DNA of 64,000 nt from Dehalococcoidia bacterium (GCA_965249275.1 CBDFLQ010000006.1:480001-544000), one strand, 5' to 3'; positions 19,293 through 28,527 are shown, numbered from the stretch's first letter. Notes: generated from the letters alone by a model not told the origin. A program made the numbers and translations.

Positions 19293-19607
19293 TTATCGTT
19301 GGAGATTGATCTTGACACCTCCAACTCGGCTGGCCACCGAGTTATACAGCCAAGCTCCGAATGCTCCAGCCACTAACCCCACAGCTCCGCCGATAACCGG
19401 CATTGCAAGTAAAGCGCCAAAGGCAAGTGCCGTCCCAGAGCTTAGCCCAGGCGTTTCATCCGAAGTTACCCACCCTGCACTGACGAGTATGTCGATGATG
19501 GCGCCACCGAAGGAATAGATGATCCCAGCAAGCAACCCGAGAACTACGCCTCCAGCAACTGACAGCTTCGCTGCCGACCCCACTCCGATTCTGTTCAGAA
19601 CTTCCAT
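19293..19607 (-). CDS. Small membrane protein, DUF3566-like
   Basis: LNRIGVGSAAKL N-terminus, two TM helices, AWLYNSVASRVGGVKINL C-terminus. Confidence 0.7.
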   Translation of the reverse strand: MEVLNRIGVGSAAKLSVAGGVVLGLLAGIIYSFGGAIIDILVSAGWVTSDETPGLSSGTALAFGALLAMPVIGGAVGLVAGAFGAWLYNSVASRVGGVKINLQR

Positions 19608-20021
19608 CGCATCCCTACCTCCAGGCATGTTGACCGGGATTTCCCATATTGTGAGTCTTCAGGCTCAAAGAGCAGCCCCAACGAGATAGTGGCATCATAT
19701 TTGGCTCTGCAAGGCCGGTCAATCTCCGGTCTATCCGATAAGGGATGCGGCTCTTGCCGTGAACCATGCTTCTTGGACGTCTTTGTTGTCTTCAGGCTCC
19801 CCGCCAATGGCGTGAAAGCGCATGGAAGACAAGGCGGCTCCCTGGAGCGCTCTCCCTCTTGGCAAGATCGTGGTTGCATTCTCCCTCAGCTTGGCGCCGG
19901 CGATAACCGGCCGATACGATCCAACACTCCCTGAAACACCGGTCTGGGAACCTACACCTCGGATAACTGAAAGATCAACCGCCGGAAGTGGCGCACCAGC
20001 GACCTCCTATGTGAATCCACA

Positions 20022-20060
20022 GAGTCGAAGGGTCTCAAGAACGGAATGGGTGGGGTGCCC
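20022..20060. repeat. REP-like dispersed repeat
   Basis: GAGTCGAAGGGTCTCAAGAACGGAATGGGTGGGGTGCCC matches reverse complement of 63426-63464 at 36/39 nt. Confidence 0.75.
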
Positions 20061-20064
20061 TCCC

Positions 20065-20780
20065 AAAAGTGACACGAACCCCTTGACTAAACTTGTACAC
20101 ATGTACTATATTCACCCCCGACTAGCTCGTCACACACCCCAAACCCAAAGGAGGAACACACAACCCAGGGGGAACCACAGCCCCGGCCCACACGAGGACT
20201 CAACGTCCAAGCCCATCCCAAAGGGCGGCCCACACGCCGCCCCACGGCTCAAGCAAACGCCGCCATCTCCTCATTCCAAAGGCCCCGGCTCACCCTTCCC
20301 CCACCAACCACCAAGCGATGGAAGGTCCACAGACTATGCTCGGCAGGCCCCGTCCTGCGACGCCCTGCCGATTCAACGCTCCCCATCATCGGATGCGTTT
20401 ATCCCGGCCCTTTGCGCGCCGGTTTCCCGGGTAGGTCAACCGACCCCCGGTTTAGCAAGGCCCTCGTGCCTTGTTTGTCCCGCCGTCCCCGCCATCCGTC
20501 TACCCGGCGGATGCACCGGGACGCCGGTTCTGAAAGTCCGCCTCAGGCGGTATCTTCCCCGTCAGCGGTCCGGTCATGTGCCGCTGCCGGTGGGATCGGC
20601 CCCACACAACCCTGACCACAGCCGACAACGTGTGGGGATAAGCCAGACCGGCGCCGACGGCTCGGCCACAACCCCCGGCCTGGTTTCTAGTCACGGACCT
20701 TCCATCGCCTGCCCCCTCCCAAACAAACAAACCCGAAACACCCAACTTCCAATCGAAGATCCGCCGCAGGAGGACCGAAT
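20065..20780 (+). ncRNA. Copy 1 of a ~710-bp non-coding repeat; candidate large structured RNA
   Basis: Near-identical to 46171-46873; promoter at 5' end; GCGATGGAAGGTCC (20315-20328) pairs with GGACCTTCCATCGC (20695-20708), enclosing many hairpins; no ORF conserved between copies. The repeat is certain, the RNA call is inference. Confidence 0.6.
20083..20112 (+). promoter_or_regulatory. sigma70-type promoter with overlapping LexA-like palindrome
   Basis: TTGACT-18-TATATT with GTAC-ACAT-GTAC (20095-20106) in the spacer. Confidence 0.6.
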
Positions 20781-20895
20781 GAACACCGTCCCACCCCTCC
20801 CGCTTGACCAAAACTCCCAATAAGGTAACAATGACAACCGACCCAACGTTCGCAGGCCGGTCTTTACCCAACGACTAGATGCAGGGGGTAACGGG

Positions 20896-21996
20896 ATGGG
20901 ATACCGGATTATTTCAGCAGACAGCCACCTCGACTTGATATGGGTGCCCCACGACGCCTTTACGTCCAGGGCTCCTGCCGAGTGGAAAGACAAGGTCCCC
21001 TACGTAGAATCGCGGCCCGAGGGCAACTACTGGATGGTCGAGGGACGCACCATGACTCGGGCAGGCTGGTATGGGCCCGGTCTTAACGGTGGCCAGCGTG
21101 GCGAGATGCTGGACAGAGAGGGCTTCACCCTCGGCGACCTACGCTGCTCCGACTACAAGTTGAGAAAGGCCGACCAGGAGCGGGACGGCGTCGACGCCGA
21201 GGTAATCTACGGCATCCTCAGCACAGACCGCAGCTTTGACGACAAAGAGGCCCTGGCCGCCACTTACCGCGCCTACAACGATTATATCTCCGAGTGGCAG
21301 CAATACGACCCTGAGTGGCTAGTCCCACTGGGTGAGATACCCAACCACAACGGTAAGGTCGCCGGCGCTGAGCTCTCCCGCCTCGCCGATATAGGAGTCC
21401 GGGGCGCCGAGTTCGCCCCCGCCACTATGACCCAGCCCTTCTGGAGCGACGAATGGGAGCCGCTATGGCAGGCGGGAGAGGACAGCCAGCTGCCCCTCTC
21501 CTTCCACGCCTTCAACATCTCCACCACCTTCTCCGACAAGGACCACCCCGCCGCCGCCGCCGTCAACCTTGTACTGGCTCCCTCCCGCGCCGATGAGGTG
21601 CTCTGCTCCCTGATCTTCTCCGGCATCCTGGAAAGGCACCCCAGGCTCAACGCCATCCTCGGCGAGAGCGGCATCGGCTGGCTCCCCTTCACGCTGGAGC
21701 GCATGGACTACTCCTATGAGCGCCGCCTCACCGACATTAAGCTATCTGTCCCCCCATCCGAGTACTTCAGGCGTCAGGTCTATGCCAGCTTCATCATCGA
21801 TTACTGGGGCACGAAGGCCATGTGGGAGTTGGGCTACCTGAAGAACATCATGTGGTCCACCGACTACCCCCACCGCGATGGCTCTTGGCCCGACTCACAA
21901 GAAGTCATAGACCGGACCTTCAACGGCTTGCCCGAGGAGGTCAAGAAGGCCTGCGTTCACGATAACGTCGTCAGCCTGTTTAACCTAAACGACTGA
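20896..21996 (+). CDS. Amidohydrolase family (Amidohydro_2) protein
   Basis: SADSHLD, PLSFH, GESGIGWLP, WSTDYPHRD. Confidence 0.92.
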   Translation: MGYRIISADSHLDLIWVPHDAFTSRAPAEWKDKVPYVESRPEGNYWMVEGRTMTRAGWYGPGLNGGQRGEMLDREGFTLGDLRCSDYKLRKADQERDGVDAEVIYGILSTDRSFDDKEALAATYRAYNDYISEWQQYDPEWLVPLGEIPNHNGKVAGAELSRLADIGVRGAEFAPATMTQPFWSDEWEPLWQAGEDSQLPLSFHAFNISTTFSDKDHPAAAAVNLVLAPSRADEVLCSLIFSGILERHPRLNAILGESGIGWLPFTLERMDYSYERRLTDIKLSVPPSEYFRRQVYASFIIDYWGTKAMWELGYLKNIMWSTDYPHRDGSWPDSQEVIDRTFNGLPEEVKKACVHDNVVSLFNLND

Positions 21997-22021
21997 CCAG
22001 TTCCTTACCCCTTTACACGTC

Positions 22022-22056
22022 AAATCGGCGGGCTCGCAATGCGAGCCCGCCGATTT
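22022..22056. terminator. Bidirectional intrinsic terminator
   Basis: AAATCGGCGGGCTCGC-AAT-GCGAGCCCGCCGATTT between convergent genes. Confidence 0.75.
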
Positions 22057-22085
22057 AGTCATTCCTTTTCGGAAGCAGTATGTTC

Positions 22086-23000
22086 TTACCCCACTGCCGG
22101 CGCCGCCTCTCGACTCAGGACACTCAAGTCCCGCATCAGCACTTCCAGCCTGGACTCCTGCTCCGCAGTCAACGACCTGAACGGCGCCCGAGGCACCCCA
22201 ATGTCAACTCCGGCCATTGCAGTGGCAACCTTTGCAGTCGCGGCGTAGCCCTCAGTCTCGAAGAAGTGGTTCAAGCGGTACAAGGGCCTCCAAAGCTCTC
22301 GGGCTGCGTGCCAGTCCTTCTTCTCCACAATCAGTTCGTACAACTGCACACAGAGGCCCGGAGTCGCATTAGCGACACCCCAGACACAGCCCTTGGCCCC
22401 GTGAAGAAGTCCGGCCATGGACCCTGTGTCCGAACCGTTGAAGATGATCAGGTCTTCGGACCTCTCTTCGAGCACCCGCTGGAACTGCACCAGGTCTCCG
22501 GTGGAGTCCTTAATCATTTGGACGTTGGGGATTTCTACCAGCCGAGCCAGGACTTCAGGGGTGAGGTTAACCTTGGAATGTGCGGGAATGTTGTAGACCA
22601 TGATCGGCAGGGGTACGGCATCGTTGACTGCCTGGTAATGATCGACGAGCTCCTCAATACTGGGGACTTCGTAAAATGGAGGCACGATCATAAGAGCCTC
22701 GCACCCGACAGCCTCGGCATGCTTGCTCAACTCGATTACTTCCCAGGTGCTGCAAGCTCCCGTGTGGGCCATAACCGGGACCCGGCCCGCCACCTGCTCG
22801 ACGGTCAACTCGGTAACCCGTTTACGCTCCTCGAAGCTGAGGCTTGCAAACTCTCCGGTGCCGCCGCACGGAATGATGCCGTGCACGCCGTTCTCCAGCT
22901 GAAAATCAATGAGCCGCCTCAGGCTGCTTTCACCAATACTCTGGTCTACGCGAGAGAAGGGGGTACAGATGGGTGTGAAGATTCCTTTAAATTTACTCAC
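22086..23000 (-). CDS. DapA/DHDPS-family aldolase/lyase
   Basis: GGTGEF, VPPFY, YNIP, IKDSTGD; GTG start at 23000 with GAGGAG RBS. Confidence 0.9.
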   Translation of the reverse strand: MSKFKGIFTPICTPFSRVDQSIGESSLRRLIDFQLENGVHGIIPCGGTGEFASLSFEERKRVTELTVEQVAGRVPVMAHTGACSTWEVIELSKHAEAVGCEALMIVPPFYEVPSIEELVDHYQAVNDAVPLPIMVYNIPAHSKVNLTPEVLARLVEIPNVQMIKDSTGDLVQFQRVLEERSEDLIIFNGSDTGSMAGLLHGAKGCVWGVANATPGLCVQLYELIVEKKDWHAARELWRPLYRLNHFFETEGYAATAKVATAMAGVDIGVPRAPFRSLTAEQESRLEVLMRDLSVLSREAAPAVG

Positions 23001-23156
23001 GGTGCTCCTCCTTGGTTCAGGTGCTCGACTAACGACCTCTTGGGCTAATTGATGTGGCAATGCTAACAAAGGCCCCGCCCCGTGACAACTCTAATGTTCG
23101 CCATGCTAGAATCAGTCGCCGAGATCGAAGCAATACCCACTTATTGGAGGTCAGAA

Positions 23157-23627
23157 ATGAGAGTTGAGCAGAGACTAAGCGAGTTAGGTATCACCCTGCC
23201 CGAAGTGAGAACTCCGGTCGGCAACTACGTTCCGAGCGTGAGGACAGGTAACCTTCTCTACGTTTCAGGCCACATCGGCGACCTTAAAGATGCTCTGGGC
23301 CAGCTGGGAACCGACGTAACGGTGGAAGAGGGCTACCAGGCAGCTCGAAAGACGGGCATCGCTCTCCTGGGCACAGTGAAGGGCGCCATCGGGGACTTGG
23401 ACAAGGTGAAACAGGTGGTTAAGCTGCTGTGCATGGTTAACGGCGCCGTTGGGTTCGCTAAGCACCCGGCGGTGGCTAATGGGTGCTCCGACCTTCTGGT
23501 CGAGGTGTTCGGGGAAAAGGGCCGGCATGCCAGGTCGGCCGTGGGTTTCTCTGGGCTCCCAGGTAACGGTTGCATCGAGATCGAGATGATCCTCGAAATC
23601 GAAGATGAGGACTCCATCACGTATTAG
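23157..23627 (+). CDS. RidA/YjgF family protein
   Basis: VGNYVP, LYVSGH, HPAVANGCSDL, GRHARSAVG, IEIE; GGAGG RBS before ATG 23157. Confidence 0.9.
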   Translation: MRVEQRLSELGITLPEVRTPVGNYVPSVRTGNLLYVSGHIGDLKDALGQLGTDVTVEEGYQAARKTGIALLGTVKGAIGDLDKVKQVVKLLCMVNGAVGFAKHPAVANGCSDLLVEVFGEKGRHARSAVGFSGLPGNGCIEIEMILEIEDEDSITY

Positions 23628-23661
23628 TGGCAGTTGCCTCCGCCCTCCTGAAATAACACTC

Positions 23662-23696
23662 AATCGGGGTAGGCGCTAAGCGCCTACCCCGATTTT
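23662..23696. terminator. Bidirectional intrinsic terminator
   Basis: AATCGGGGTAGGCGC-TAA-GCGCCTACCCCGATTTT between convergent genes. Confidence 0.8.
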
Positions 23697-23717
23697 GTTA
23701 AAGTTAACGTCCCGGCC

Positions 23718-26396
23718 CTAACGTGCCATAAGCCGCCGCAGCACGTACTGTAAAACTCCCCCGTGCCTGTAGTAGTCCAATTCTACAGGGACGTCGATCC
23801 GAGCGATTACGGGGAAGGTCTTAACAGTCCCGTCATCGGCAGTCGCGGTGACGCTAAGCTCCTTGCCCACCGTGAGCCCGTCGGCTATCCCATCTATGTC
23901 GTACGTTTCTTCGCCGGTGAGTCCTAAGCTATCCGCGCTGTCCCCGGACTTGTACTGAAGCGGCAGTACTCCCATGCCAACAAGGTTACTGCGATGAATC
24001 CTCTCGTAGCTTTCCGCAAGCGTTGCTTTTATGCCCAGCAGGTAAGGCCCTTTCGCCGCCCAGTCCCGAGAGCTCCCCGAGCCGTACTCTTTCCCGGCCA
24101 GCACCAGGGTTGGCACACCTTCCCGTTTATACTCCTCCGACGCCTCGTATATGTTCATGTCCATCCCGTCAGGCAGGTGCCGCGTCCATCCTCCCTCCGT
24201 GCCCGGGGCGAGCTGGTTTCTCAGCCTCACATTGGCAAAAGTGCCCCGCATCATCACCTCGTGATTCCCCCGCCGAGCCCCGTATGCGTTGAACTGTGCA
24301 ACCGGGACGTTCTTATCGGTAAGGTAGTAGCCGGCCGGGCTCTTAGCCTGGATCCCTCCTGCCGGCGAGATGTGGTCCGTCGTGATAGAGTCGCCAACCT
24401 TGACCAGCACTCTGGCCCTTGTTATGTCTTGAGTCTCTGATGGGGCATCAGGCAGGTTGCGGAAGATCGGGAGTTCCTTCACGTATGTCGAGTCCCGATC
24501 CCATTGATATATGGCCCCTTCAGGTACGGGCAACTCCCGCCATCTCTGGTCCCCTTCGAAAACTTTGCCATATCTGTCTCTAAAAATCTCGGGATTCAGG
24601 GCCGCTGCCAGAGTTTCCCTCACTTCCTGCTGACTGGGCCAAAGGTCTTTCAAATATACGGGTTGACCATCAGCACCTGTGCCAAGGGGTTCCGTGGTCA
24701 GATCGATGTCCACCCGACCCGCCAGCGCAAACGCTACGACAAGCATAGGCGAGGCCAGATAGTTAGCCTTGACCGCGGGATGCACCCGACCCTCGAAGTT
24801 CCGATTCCCGCTCAGCACCGAGGCCGCTATCAGATCACCTTGCGCAATGTCTGCGGAGACCGACTCCGATAAAGGCCCGCTGTTTCCTATGCAGGTGGTA
24901 CACCCATACCCAACTATGTGAAACCGCAGATCTTCCAGATATTTCAGCACCCCCGACGCAGAGAGGTAATCTTCAACGACCCGGGACCCGGGAGCCATGC
25001 TCGTTTTCACCCAAGGCTTCGTCTCCAACCCTCGCTCGACCGCATTCTTAGCCAGCAGCCCCGCACCCACCATCACCGAGGGATTCGATGTGTTGGTACA
25101 GCTGGTTATGGCGGCAATAACCACCGACCCGTGGTCTAGTCCATCTTGCGATGCACTTCCGTTTGAGGCAGTACCCTCCTTACCGTACACCTTGCCCAAG
25201 TTGTCTACGAACGCCTCTTTCATATCCCGTAGTCTCACCTTGTCCTGGGGCCTCTTAGGCCCGGCCAGGCTCGGCTCAACATGGGAGAGGTCTAATTCCA
25301 ATAGGTCGGTGAAAAGAGGTTCAGGTGAATCGTCGGTCCTGAATACACCTTGGGCCTTGGAATACTCCTCCACTAGGCTGACCTGATCTTTCTCCCGCCC
25401 GGTCCCCGACAGATAGGCCAAGGTCTCGGAGTCTACCGGGAAGTACCCGACGGTAGCACCGTATTCAGGTGCCATGTTCGCAATGGTCGCTCTGTCCGGC
25501 AGAGACAAGTTGGAGAGACCGGTGCCGCAGAACTCCACGAACTTCCCGACCACGCCCCTCTGCCGCAGCATCTGCACAACCGTAAGCACCAGGTCTGTAG
25601 CTGTAGCCCCTTCCGGCAAGGCTCCTGTCAGCCGAAACCCAACCACATCCGGCAAGAGCATGTAATAGGGCTGGCCGAGCAATACAGCCTCTGCTTCAAT
25701 TCCACCCACGCCCCACCCCAAAACCCCGAGCCCGTTTATCATCGTAGTGTGCGAGTCGGTGCCGATGAGTGTATCGGGGAAGGCCGTTCTCTCACTGTCT
25801 GAGCCCCGAGAGGCCACCACGGTTGCTAGATATTCCAGGTTGACCTGGTGGACTATGCCCGCCCCGGGTGGCACGACGCGCAGGTTGTCAAATGCCGACT
25901 GCGCCCAACGCAGAAGTCCGTACCTCTCCCCATTGCGTCCGTACTCTCGGTCGACGTTTCGAGCCAATGCCGTAGACGTGCCCGCAAAGTCAACTTGGAC
26001 TGAGTGGTCAATCACGAGGTCCACTGGGACAATGGGATTGATCTGCTGGGGGTCACCGCCCCGCCTCGCGACCTCGGCCCGCATCGCCGTCAGGTCCACG
26101 ACGGCAGGCACTCCGGTAAAGTCCTGCATCAATACGCGGGACGGCATAAATGGAATGTCTGCCCGAACGGCGTCCTTGGGAGCCCACCTCCCAACCGTTT
26201 CCACATCGTCCCAAGTGACCGTGCCGTTCCCTGAATGTCTGAGGACATTCTCCAGCAATACCCTTATGGTGAACGGCAGCGACGCAAGGTCTATATTGAG
26301 TTCTTTGGCCGCTGCTTTAAGGTCGTAGTAGGTGAAGGGCCCGTTGGGTATGTCGAGGGTTTTCTTTGCCTGGAATAAGTCGCGATTATCTGTCAT
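23718..26396 (-). CDS. acnA: Aconitate hydratase A
   Basis: RVLMQDFTGVPAVVDL, DHSVQVD, GTDSHT, AITSCTNTSNP, GYGCTTCIGNSG, GSSRDWAAKG. Confidence 0.98.
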   Translation of the reverse strand: MTDNRDLFQAKKTLDIPNGPFTYYDLKAAAKELNIDLASLPFTIRVLLENVLRHSGNGTVTWDDVETVGRWAPKDAVRADIPFMPSRVLMQDFTGVPAVVDLTAMRAEVARRGGDPQQINPIVPVDLVIDHSVQVDFAGTSTALARNVDREYGRNGERYGLLRWAQSAFDNLRVVPPGAGIVHQVNLEYLATVVASRGSDSERTAFPDTLIGTDSHTTMINGLGVLGWGVGGIEAEAVLLGQPYYMLLPDVVGFRLTGALPEGATATDLVLTVVQMLRQRGVVGKFVEFCGTGLSNLSLPDRATIANMAPEYGATVGYFPVDSETLAYLSGTGREKDQVSLVEEYSKAQGVFRTDDSPEPLFTDLLELDLSHVEPSLAGPKRPQDKVRLRDMKEAFVDNLGKVYGKEGTASNGSASQDGLDHGSVVIAAITSCTNTSNPSVMVGAGLLAKNAVERGLETKPWVKTSMAPGSRVVEDYLSASGVLKYLEDLRFHIVGYGCTTCIGNSGPLSESVSADIAQGDLIAASVLSGNRNFEGRVHPAVKANYLASPMLVVAFALAGRVDIDLTTEPLGTGADGQPVYLKDLWPSQQEVRETLAAALNPEIFRDRYGKVFEGDQRWRELPVPEGAIYQWDRDSTYVKELPIFRNLPDAPSETQDITRARVLVKVGDSITTDHISPAGGIQAKSPAGYYLTDKNVPVAQFNAYGARRGNHEVMMRGTFANVRLRNQLAPGTEGGWTRHLPDGMDMNIYEASEEYKREGVPTLVLAGKEYGSGSSRDWAAKGPYLLGIKATLAESYERIHRSNLVGMGVLPLQYKSGDSADSLGLTGEETYDIDGIADGLTVGKELSVTATADDGTVKTFPVIARIDVPVELDYYRHGGVLQYVLRRLMAR

Positions 26397-26478
26397 ATGA
26401 GTCTCGTTTAAGAAGATTTTGGGCAGGTTCTCGGGCCTGATGCCAGCGACGGTGAGTATATCACGGAGACCGGGGTGG

Positions 26479-27855
26479 CTATGTTAATCCACGCTCCACG
26501 TCAGTAAGCACCCGATCTACTCTCTCCACCACAAAGTCAATCTCCTCACGCGTAACGATCAGGGGAGGAATCAGGAATATGATGTCGCCCCTCTGGCGAG
26601 CCAGGAGCCCGTGGCGCAGAAACGCCGCCGTGACCTTTCGCCCCAGGCCGACGTCTGCAGGGAACCGCTCTCTCGTGTCCCGGTCCTTGACCAGCTCTAT
26701 TCCGCAGAGCAACCCTAGACCCCCCCGCACGTCCCCGACTATGGGATGCTCGTAAAGTGTCTGGAGCTGATCAAACAGGTATGACCCCATTGTCGCGGAG
26801 TTCTCGACCAGGCCTTCTCTTTCCACGATGTCTAGGTTGGCCAACGCCGCGGCGCAGGCCGCCGGATGACCGCCAAAGGTAAAAATGTGCCGGAACATCT
26901 CTCTGTCCCCACCTATGAACGTGTCTGCAACACGCTTGGAGGCTATCGCCGCGCCGATGGGCTGGTACCCACTCGAAAGCCCCTTGGCCCCGACCAGTAT
27001 GTCCGGCACGAGACCCCAGTGGTCCGATGCGAACATCTTCCCCGTTCTGCCAAACCCCGTCACCACTTCGTCTGCAATGATCAGGACCCCATATCGGTCG
27101 CATATCGACCTCACTGTGGGCCAGTAGTCTGGATGAGGAACAGTGCAAGTTGCCGCCGAGAGCGGCTCAGCCACGAAAGCGGCCACCAGCTCGGGGCCCT
27201 CGTCGAGGATCGCCCTCTCGACGTCCTGACCGCATTCCAGGGTACAGTCACCTAGTTGGCTGCAATACAAGCACCGGTACGGGTTGGGCATGGATATGTG
27301 GACGTTGCCCGGCATCAGAGGCCCGAAGTCCTTATCCCCCGCCCCGGCCCCGCCTCCCAGGCTGATAGTCGCCAGAGTGCCTCCGTGATAGGAACCTGTC
27401 CGGCTAATAACTTTGTATCGGCCCGGCTCACCCCTCAACTTGTGGTACTTCTTAGCCATCTTCAAGGCCGTTTCGATACCTTCCGAGCCGCCGCTTACTA
27501 GAAATACACGAGAGTCTTTGTCCGGGGCCAGGGCCGCAAGTCTATCGCTGAGGCGAATGGTCGGCTCACTGGTCGTGTGCTCGGGGGCATAGCTTAACTT
27601 GAGTAGCTGCTCGTAAACGGCTTCGGCTATCTCCTTCCGGCCATACCCAACGTTCTGCAACTGCATCCCGGATATAAGGTCGAAATAGCGGTTGCCTTGA
27701 ATGTCCTCCACCCAGCACCCCTCCCCCTTCTCGACAACGTGAAGGCCGCCGGGCAGCGATAGCTCGGCCACCTGCTGGGAGTGTGGCCAGAAATGCTCGA
27801 CGGCCATTTGCTGCAGCCTGTCGAATTGCTCGGATGGGCTTGAGGAAGAGGCCAT
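26479..27855 (-). CDS. Class III PLP aminotransferase (omega-amine/taurine-pyruvate aminotransferase-like)
   Basis: NVGYGRKEIAEA, SYHGGT, DEVVTGFGRTG, AKGLSSGY, FRHIFTFGGHP. Confidence 0.88.
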   Translation of the reverse strand: MASSSSPSEQFDRLQQMAVEHFWPHSQQVAELSLPGGLHVVEKGEGCWVEDIQGNRYFDLISGMQLQNVGYGRKEIAEAVYEQLLKLSYAPEHTTSEPTIRLSDRLAALAPDKDSRVFLVSGGSEGIETALKMAKKYHKLRGEPGRYKVISRTGSYHGGTLATISLGGGAGAGDKDFGPLMPGNVHISMPNPYRCLYCSQLGDCTLECGQDVERAILDEGPELVAAFVAEPLSAATCTVPHPDYWPTVRSICDRYGVLIIADEVVTGFGRTGKMFASDHWGLVPDILVGAKGLSSGYQPIGAAIASKRVADTFIGGDREMFRHIFTFGGHPAACAAALANLDIVEREGLVENSATMGSYLFDQLQTLYEHPIVGDVRGGLGLLCGIELVKDRDTRERFPADVGLGRKVTAAFLRHGLLARQRGDIIFLIPPLIVTREEIDFVVERVDRVLTDVERGLT

Positions 27856-27950
27856 AATGATGCTCCTTGAGCGGCGGCGACCAAAGCTATCCGCGACAAA
27901 GGACGCAGTTTAACCGATGAGGGAACAAGGGTGTGACCAAACGAATAAGG

Positions 27951-28071
27951 CACCCGGCAGCGTCCTATTTTCCACGGAGGGTTGCCCCTCTAGTATCGTC
28001 GGCGCAGAGGTGTTTCACTTCCGTGTTCGGAATGAGAACGGGTGGGCCCACCTCGCTATAGCCACCGCAGT
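27951..28071 (-). rRNA. rrf: 5S rRNA (stand-alone)
   Basis: Minus strand reads GCGGTGGCTATAGCGAGGTGGGCCCACCCGTTCTCATTCCGAACACGGAAGTGAAACACCTCTGCGCCGACGATACT...GGAAAATAGGACGCTGCCGGG: canonical 5S motifs (CACCCG..C.CATTCCGAAC.CGGAAGTGAA; helix I closure). Confidence 0.95.
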
Positions 28072-28089
28072 GCCTTTATTCAGAACAGA

Positions 28090-28118
28090 ATTTTACCAGC
28101 CCACCGATTTCGGGTCAA
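28090..28118 (-). promoter_or_regulatory. sigma70 promoter of the 5S rRNA gene
   Basis: TTGACC-17-TAAAAT on the minus strand, about 20 nt upstream of the 5S 5' end. Confidence 0.8.
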
Positions 28119-28233
28119 CCACCAGCGCAGCTACGGCAATCCCAACCGTTAGTTCTCATTCCGCAACCCTGAACAAGGGGCGACGTTCTTTAGAGTGTGC
28201 TGGTCCCTATGCGTGCCAGTAAGAAAGGGTGGC

Positions 28234-28527
28234 TCACTCCATCTGATCGATCAGCTCCACGGCCCGAGCCTTGGGGAATGCCTTGAGCGTCGTGAAGCGG
28301 ATATTCCCCTCCCTACCCGTCCCCATGGAGAACTTGAGCATAGTCTCGTCATCAGGAAACTCGAATATGCCCACGAAGTCGTACATACCGAGGGTGAAGT
28401 GGATGGATTCAATCTTGCCGCCCATCGCCTCCACCCTTGCAGCGGCGCCCGCCATCCTGTCAGGGGCTGCCTTGACAGCCTGAACGCCCTTGTCAGTGTA
28501 GTTACCTAATACCACGTAGTTCGGCAT
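28234..28527 (-). CDS. GYD domain-containing protein
   Basis: YVVLGNYTDKG, GGKIESIHFTLGMYDFVGI, TTLKAF. Confidence 0.9.
   Translation of the reverse strand: MPNYVVLGNYTDKGVQAVKAAPDRMAGAAARVEAMGGKIESIHFTLGMYDFVGIFEFPDDETMLKFSMGTGREGNIRFTTLKAFPKARAVELIDQME

Noticed and set aside
19630-20020. Possible gene remnant upstream of repeat copy 1 (minus-strand AGGAGG + GTG)
   Set aside because: Frame closes after 14 codons and other frames show no recognisable protein
20530-20550. GAAAGTCC resembles the RNase P RNA P4 motif
   Set aside because: Lacks GAGGAAAGUCC context and the 3' ACAGAA..CGGCUUA partner; two copies would also be atypical
20326-20700. CACAGACTA...TAGTC resembles group I intron P7 (R and S elements)
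   Set aside because: No AAGAUA J8/7 before UAGUC, no recognisable P3/P4/P6 core upstream, no interrupted host gene, and the pairing is simply part of the longer closing helix
20315-20708. Retron msr-msd interpretation (a1/a2-like flanking inverted repeats)
   Set aside because: No reverse transcriptase next to either copy or anywhere in the window, and no single long msd hairpin; a trans-acting RT cannot be excluded but is unsupported
19822-20823. 333-aa ORF (and 46189-46632, 46334-46714) across the repeated element
   Set aside because: Pro/Ser/Arg-rich, no family motifs, and the reading frame is broken by indels between the two copies; treated as spurious
22086-23000. dapA symbol
   Set aside because: GGTGE rather than GTTGE and catabolic context suggest a DHDPS-like paralog
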